A stretch of 64,000 nt of DNA from Auanema rhodensis (Eukaryota > Animalia > Nematoda): contig OZ059898.1 in NCBI GenBank assembly GCA_964057225.1, forward strand, positions 19,468,001-19,532,000, given 5' to 3'. This document shows, piece by piece, positions 57,401 through 64,000 of this stretch; position 1 is the first letter of the stretch, and every line of letters begins with the position of its first letter. The notes under the pieces were generated by a model, which had not been told where the DNA came from, ran no database searches, and saw only the letters and a program-made list of their open reading frames with translations. A program made the translations under genes and the position numbers.

Positions 57401-60400
57401 AAAATGTTTTTGGAAGCAATGTTGAGTGTACATGGAAACTCAACATACACTAATGCATCATTTTTCAAACGATCATAACTAATTTCTGTATTAAGCGTTT
57501 CTCAATGTAGTATAGTGCATTCGATGCGGATTTTTAAGCTGCGTCGATCTGTGTTGTCAGATTTGCGCTAGCTTAAAAATGCACCGAGATATCAACTGAT
57601 ATAAGTTCACACTTATATCCTCGATTTTCACCCTGAAGAATTAATTTTTTCGTTGAATAACATTGTCCATCGTCTTTGCCTTGAAAAAAGAAATCTAAAA
57701 ACATTTACTTTTTGCTAAATTATTTTGAAATTTTTCGAAAAAATTTTTGTCAAAATGTTTTTGGAAGCAATGTTGAGTGTACATGGAAACTCAACATACA
57801 CTATTGCATCATTTTTCAAACGATCATAACTAATTTTTGTATTAAGCGTTTCTCAATGTAGTATAGTGCATTCGATGCTGATTTTTAAGCTGCGTCGATT
57901 TGTGTTATCAGATTTGCGCTAGCTTAAAAATGCACCGAGACATCAACTGATATAAGTTCACACTTATATCCTCGATTTTCACCCTGAAGAATTAATTTTT
58001 TCGTTGAATAACGTTGTCCATCGTCTTTGCCTTGAAAAAAGGAATCTAAAAACATCTACTTTTTGCTAAATTATTTCGAAATTTTTCCAAAAAATTTTTG
58101 TCAAAATGTTTTTGGAAGCAATGTTGAGTGTACATGGAAACTCAACATACACTAATGCATCATTTTTCAAACGATCATAACTAATTTTTGTATTAAGCGT
58201 TTTTCAATGTAGTATAGTGCATTCGATGCGGATTTTTAAGCTGCGTCGATCTGTGTTGTCAGATTTGCGCTAGCTTAAAAATGCACCGAGACATCAACTG
58301 ATATAAGTTCACACTTATATCCTCGATTTTCACCCTGAAGAATTAATTTTTTCGTTGAATAACATTGTCCATCGTCTTTGCCTTGAAAAAAGAAATCTAA
58401 AAACATTTACTTTTTGCTAAATTATTTTGAAATTTTTCGAAAAAATTTTTGTCAAAATGTTTTTGGAAGCAATGTTGAGTGTACATGGAAACTCAACATA
58501 CACTAATGCATCATTTTTCAAACGATCATAACTAATTTCTGTATTAAACGTTTCTCAATGTAGTATAGTGCATTCGATGCGGATTTTTAAGCTGCGTCGA
58601 TCTGTGTTGTCAGATTTGCGCTAGCTTAAAAATGCACCGAGACATCAACTGATACAAGTTCACACTTATATCCTCGATTTTCACCCTGAAGAAATAATTT
58701 TTTCGTTGAATAACATTGTCCATCGTCTTTGCCTTGAAAAAAGAAATCTAAAAACATTTACTTTTTGCTAAATTATTTTGAAATATTTCGAAAAAATTTT
58801 TGTCAAAATGTTTTTGGAAGCAATGTTGAGTGTACATGGAAACTCAACATACACTATTGCATCATTTTTCAAACGATCATAACTAATTTTTGTATTAAGC
58901 GTTTCTCAATGTAGTATAGTGCATTCGATGCTGATTTTTAAGCTGCGTCGATTTGTGTTATCAGATTTGCGCTAGCTTAAAAATGCACCGAGACATCAAC
59001 TGATATAAGTTCACACTTATATCCTCGATTTTCACCCTGAAGAATTAATTTTTTCGTTGAATAACGTTGTCCATCGTCTTTGCCTTGAAAAAAGGAATCT
59101 AAAAACATCTACTTTTTGCTAAATTATTTCGAAATTTTTCGAAAAAATTTTTGTCAAAATGTTTTTGGAAGCAATGTTGAGTGTACATGGAAACTCAACA
59201 TACACTAATGCATCATTTTTCAAACGATCATAACTAATTTTTGTATTAAGCGTTTTTCAATGTAGTATAGTGCATTCGATGCGGATTTTTAAGCTGCGTC
59301 GATCTGTGTTATCAGATTTGCGCTAGCTTAAAAATGCACCGAGACATCAACTGATATAAGTTCACACTTATATCCTCGATTTTCACCCTGAAGAATTTAT
59401 TTTTTCGTTGAATAACATTGTCCATCGTCTTTGCCTTGAAAAAAGGAATCTAAAAACATCTACTTTTTGCTAAATTATTCTGAAATTTTTCGAAAAAATT
59501 TTTGTCAAAATGTTTTTGGAAGCAATGTTGAGTGTACATGGAAACTCAACATACACTAATGCATCATTTTTCAAACGATCATAACTAATTTCTGTATTAA
59601 ACGTTTCTCAATGTAGTATAGTGCATTCGATGCGGATTTTTAAGCTGCGTCGATCTGTGTTATCAGATTTGCGCTAGCTTAAAAATGCACCGAGACATCA
59701 ACTGATATAAGTTCACACTTATATCCTCGATTTTCACCCTGAAGAATTGATTTTTTCGTTGAATAACATTGTCCATCGTCTTTGCCTTGAAAAACGAAAT
59801 CTGAAAACTTCTACTTTTTGCTAAATTATTTTGAAATTTTTCGAAAAAATTTTTGTCAAAATGTTTTTGGAAGCAATGTTGAGTGTACATGGAAACTCAA
59901 CATACACTAATGCATCATTTTTCAAACGATCACAACTAATTTTTGTATAAAGCGTTTCTCAATGTCGTATAGTGCATTCGATGCAGATTTGTAAGCTGCG
60001 TCGATCTGTGTTATCAGATTTGCGCTAGCTTAAAAATGCACCGAGATATCAACTGATATAAGTTCACACTTATATCCTCGATTTTCACCCTGAAGAATTA
60101 ATTTTTTCGTTGAATAACATAAGCCATCGTCTTTGCCTTAAAAAAAGGAATCTAAAAACATTTACTTTTTGCTAAATTATTTTGAAATTTTTCGAAAAAA
60201 TTTTTGTCAAAATGTTTTTGGAAGCAATGTTGAGTGTACATGGAAACTCAACATACACTAATGCATTATTTTTCAAACGATCATAACTAATTTTTGTATT
60301 GAGCGTTTCTCAATGTAGTATAGTGCATTCGATGCGGATTTTTAAGCTGCGTCGATCTGTGTTATCAGATTTGCGCTAGCTTAAAAATGCACCGAGACAT

Positions 60401-60722
60401 CAACTGATATAAGTTCACACTTATATCCTCGATTTTCACCCTGAAGAAATAATTTTTTCGTTGAATAACATTGTCCATCGTCTTTGCCTTGAAAAAAAAA
60501 AAATCTAAAAACATCTACTTTTTGCTAAATTATTTTGAAATTTTTCCAAAAAATTTTTGTCAAAATGTTTTTGGAAGCAATGTTGAGTGTACATGGAAAC
60601 TCAACATACACTAATGCATCATTTTTCAAACAATCATAACTAATTTTTGTATTAAGCGTTTCTCAATGTAGAATAGTGCATTCGATGCAGTTTTGTAAGC
60701 TGCGTCGATCTGTTTGATCAGA
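51593..60722. repeat. 11-mer higher-order repeat in two copies; the first is expanded to 15 monomers by an internal 4-mer duplication (53699-55102 / 55103-56506)
   Basis: SNP offsets are 5267 (52821/58088, 53518/58785), 1404 (54699/56103) and 3863 (56103/59966). Both copies end in a 353-bp A12 monomer. Confidence 0.88.
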
Positions 60723-63179
60723 TTTGGGCTAGCTTAAAAATGCACCGAGATATCAACTGATATAAGTTCACACTTATATCCTCGATTTTCACCCTGAAGA
60801 ATTAATTTTTTCGTTGAATAACATTGTCCATCGTCTTTGCCTTGAAAAAAGGAATCTAAAAACATCTACTTTTTGCTAAATTATTCTGAAATTTTTCGAA
60901 AAAATTTTGGTCAAAATGTTTTTGGAAGCAATGTTGAGTGTACATGGAAACTCAACATACACTAATGCATCATTTTTCAAACAATCATAACTAATTTTTG
61001 TATTAAGCGTTTCTCAATGTAGAATAGTGCATTCGATGCGGATTTTTAAGCTGCGTCGATCTGTGTTATCAGATTTGGGCTAGCTTAAAAATGCACCGAG
61101 ATATCAACTGATATAAGTTCACACTTATATCCTCGATTTTCACCCTGAAGAATTAATTTTTTCGTTGAATAACATTGTCCATCGTCTTTGCCTTGAAAAA
61201 CGAAATCTGAAAACATCTACTTTTTGCTAAATTATTTTGAAATTTTTCGAAAAAATTTTTGTCAAAATGTTTTTGGAAGCAATGTTGAGTGTACATGGAA
61301 ACTCAACATACACTAATGCATCATTTTTCAAACAATCATAACTAATTTTTGTATTAAGCGTTTCTCAATGTAGAATAGTGCATTCGATGCGGATTTTTAA
61401 GCTGCGTCGATCTGTGTTATCAGATTTGGGCTAGCTTAAAAATGCACCGAGATATCAACTGATATAAGTTCACACTTATATCCTCGATTTTCACCCTGAA
61501 GAATTAATTTTTTCGTTGAATAACATTGTCCATCGTCTTTGCCTTGAAAAACGAAATCTGAAAACATCTACTTTTTGCTAAATTATTTTGAAATTTTTCG
61601 AAAAAATTTTTGTCAAAATGTTTTTGGAAGCAATGTTGAGTGTACATGGAAACTCAACATACACTAATGCATCATTTTTCAAACAATCATAACTAATTTT
61701 TGTATTAAGCGTTTCTCAATGTAGAATAGTGCATTCGATGCGGATTTTTAAGCTGCGTCGATCTGTGTTATCAGATTTGGGCTAGCTTAAAAATGCACCG
61801 AGATATCAACTGATATAAGTTCACACTTATATCCTCGATTTTCACCCTGAAGAATTAATTTTTTCGTTGAATAACATTGTCCATCGTCTTTGCCTTGAAA
61901 AAAGGAATCTAAAAACATCTACTTTTTGCTAAATTATTCTGAAATTTTTCGAAAAAATTTTGGTCAAAATGTTTTTGGAAGCAATGTTGAGTGTACATGA
62001 AAACTCAACATACACTAATGCATCATTTTTCAAACAATCATAACTAATTTTTGTATTAAGCGTTTCTTAATGTAGAATAGTGCATTCGATGCGGATTTTT
62101 AAGCTGCGTCGATCTGTGTTATCAGATTTGGGCTAGCTTAAAAATGCACCGAGATATCAACTGATATAAGTTCACACTTATATCCTCGATTTTCACCCTG
62201 AAGAATTAATTTTTTCGTTGAATAACATTGTCCATCGTCTTTGCCTTGAAAAACGAAATCTGAAAACATCTACTTTTTGCTAAATTATTTTGAAATTTTT
62301 CGAAAAAATTTTTGTCAAAATGTTTTTGGAAGCAATGTTGAGTGTACATGGAAACTCAACATACACTAATGCATCATTTTTCAAACAATCATAACTAATT
62401 TTTGTATTAAGCGTTTCTCAATGTAGAATAGTGCATTCGATGCGGATTTTTAAGCTGCGTCGATCTGTGTTATCAGATTTGGGCTAGCTTAAAAATGCAC
62501 CGAGATATCAACTGATATAAGTTCACACTTATATCCTCGATTTTCACCCTGAAGAATTAATTTTTTCGTTGAATAACATTGTCCATCGTCTTTGCCTTGA
62601 AAAACGAAATCTGAAAACATCTACTTTTTGCTAAATTATTTTGAAATTTTTCGAAAAAATTTTTGTCAAAATGTTTTTGGAAGCAATGTTGAGTGTACAT
62701 GGAAACTCAACATACACTAATGCATCATTTTTCAAACAATCATAACTAATTTTTGTATTAAGCGTTTCTCAATGTAGAATAGTGCATTCGATGCGGATTT
62801 TTAAGCTGCGTCGATCTGTGTTATCAGATTTGGGCTAGCTTAAAAATGCACCGAGATATCAACTGATATAAGTTCACACTTATATCCTCGATTTTCACCC
62901 TGAAGAATTAATTTTTTCGTTGAATAACATTGTCCATCGTCTTTGCCTTAAAAAAAGGAATCTAAAAACATCTACTTTTTGCTAAATTATTTTGAAATTT
63001 TTCGAAAAAATTTTTGTCAAAATGTTTTTGGAAGCAATGTTGAGTGTACATGGAAACTCAACATACACTAATGCATCATTTTTCAAACAATCATAACTAA
63101 TTTTTGTATTAAGCGTTTCTCAATGTAGAATAGTGCATTCGATGCGGATTTTTAAGCTGCGTCGATCTGTGTTATCAGA
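60723..63179. repeat. Locally homogenised subfamily (ACAATC, GTAGAATAG, TTTGGGC) containing a 3-mer duplication
   Basis: Seven consecutive monomers share three variants. The TTTTGGTC marker at 60909 and 61962 is offset by 1053. Confidence 0.85.
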
Positions 63180-64000
63180 TTTGGGCTAGCTTAAAAATGC
63201 ACCGAGATATCAACTGATATAAGTTCACACTTATATCCTCGATTTTCACCCTGAAGAATTAATTTTTTCGTTGAATAACATTGTCCATCGTCTTTGCCTT
63301 GAAAAAAGGAATCTAAAAACATCTACTTTTTGCTAAATTATTTCGAAATTTTTCGAAAAAATTTTTGTCAAAATGTTTTTGGAAGCAATGTTGAGTGTAC
63401 ATGGAAACTCAACATACACTAATGCATCATTTTTCAAACGATCATAACTAATTTTTGTATTAAGCGTTTTTCAATGTAGTATAGTGCATTCGATGCGGAA
63501 TTTTAAGCTGCGTCGATCTGTGTTATCAGATTTGCGCTAGCTTAAAAATGCACCGAGACATCAACTGATATAAGTTCACACTTATATCCTCGATTTTCAC
63601 CCTGAAGAATTAATTTTTTCGTTGAATAACATTGTCCATCGTCTTTGCCTTGAAAAACGGAATCTGAAAACATCTACTTTTTGCTAAATTATTCTGAAAT
63701 TTTTCGAAAAAATTTTTGTCAAAATGTTTTTGGAAGCAATGTTGAGTGTACATGGAAACTCAACATACACTAATGCATCATTTTTCAAACGATCATAACT
63801 AATTTTTGTATTAAGCGTTTCTCAATGTAGTATAGTGCATTCGATGCGGATTTTTAAGCTGCGTCGATCTGTGTTATCAGATTTGCGCTAGCTTAAAAAT
63901 GCACCGAGACATCAACTGATATAAGTTCACACTTATATCCTCGATTTTCACCCTGAAGAATTAATTTTTTCGTTGAATAACATTGTCCATCGTCTTCGCC

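Larger units (their letters stand above)
1..64000. repeat. Satellite DNA array, 351-bp monomer, ~182.3 head-to-tail copies, extending beyond both window edges
   Basis: The anchor TTTGCGCTAGCTTAAAAATGCACC recurs at 1, 352, 703 ... 3511, 7021 (exact multiples of 351) and onward to 63882. The register shifts only at five 350-bp units (starting 7021, 8424, 10880, 14038, 17898) and two 353-bp units (56507, 60370). Copies differ by a handful of substitutions. Confidence 0.99.

Noticed and set aside
24912-59890. Eight 63-75 aa ORFs on both strands (e.g. 24912-25139, 31652-31843, 31677-31868, 34460-34651, 45341-45532, 54396-54623, 55800-56027, 59663-59890)
   Set aside because: They appear only where a point variant removes a stop codon in a few of 182 copies. 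They are K/F/N/I-rich as expected from A/T tracts, overlap on opposite strands and show no recognisable domain. They are useful only as duplication markers.
1-64000. Monomer length divisible by 3 (117 codons), suggesting a giant repetitive protein
   Set aside because: No ORF spans even one monomer, and the 350- and 353-bp units would shift the frame.
1-64000. CRISPR-like or integron-cassette-like array (regularly spaced hairpins)
   Set aside because: The sequence between hairpins is near-identical in every unit, with no unique spacers or cassettes, and there is no cas, integrase or leader sequence.

Overview
The whole 64-kb window is one uninterrupted head-to-tail tandem array of a 351-bp AT-rich monomer: 182 complete copies plus a 119-bp partial copy, about 68% A+T by hand count of monomer 1. 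It is best read as eukaryotic-type satellite DNA, plausibly (peri)centromeric heterochromatin. I do not recognise the family or the species. I see no credible protein or RNA genes, no inserted element, no inversion and no CRISPR; the short ORFs are by-products of point variants. Two layers of structure are worth attention. (1) Each monomer carries several inverted repeats. Two perfect 9-bp-stem hairpins sit 175/176 bp apart and two larger dyads sit about 175/176 bp apart, suggesting a hidden dimeric (two-nucleosome) architecture. (2) Diagnostic SNP and indel haplotypes define nested higher-order repeats (5/6-mer, 8-mer derivatives, 6/7-mer, a 31/32-mer of about 11 kb, 11/15-mer, 4-mer, 3-mer) that record recent unequal crossover or conversion. 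The only length polymorphism is one A-run (9, 10 or 12 A).
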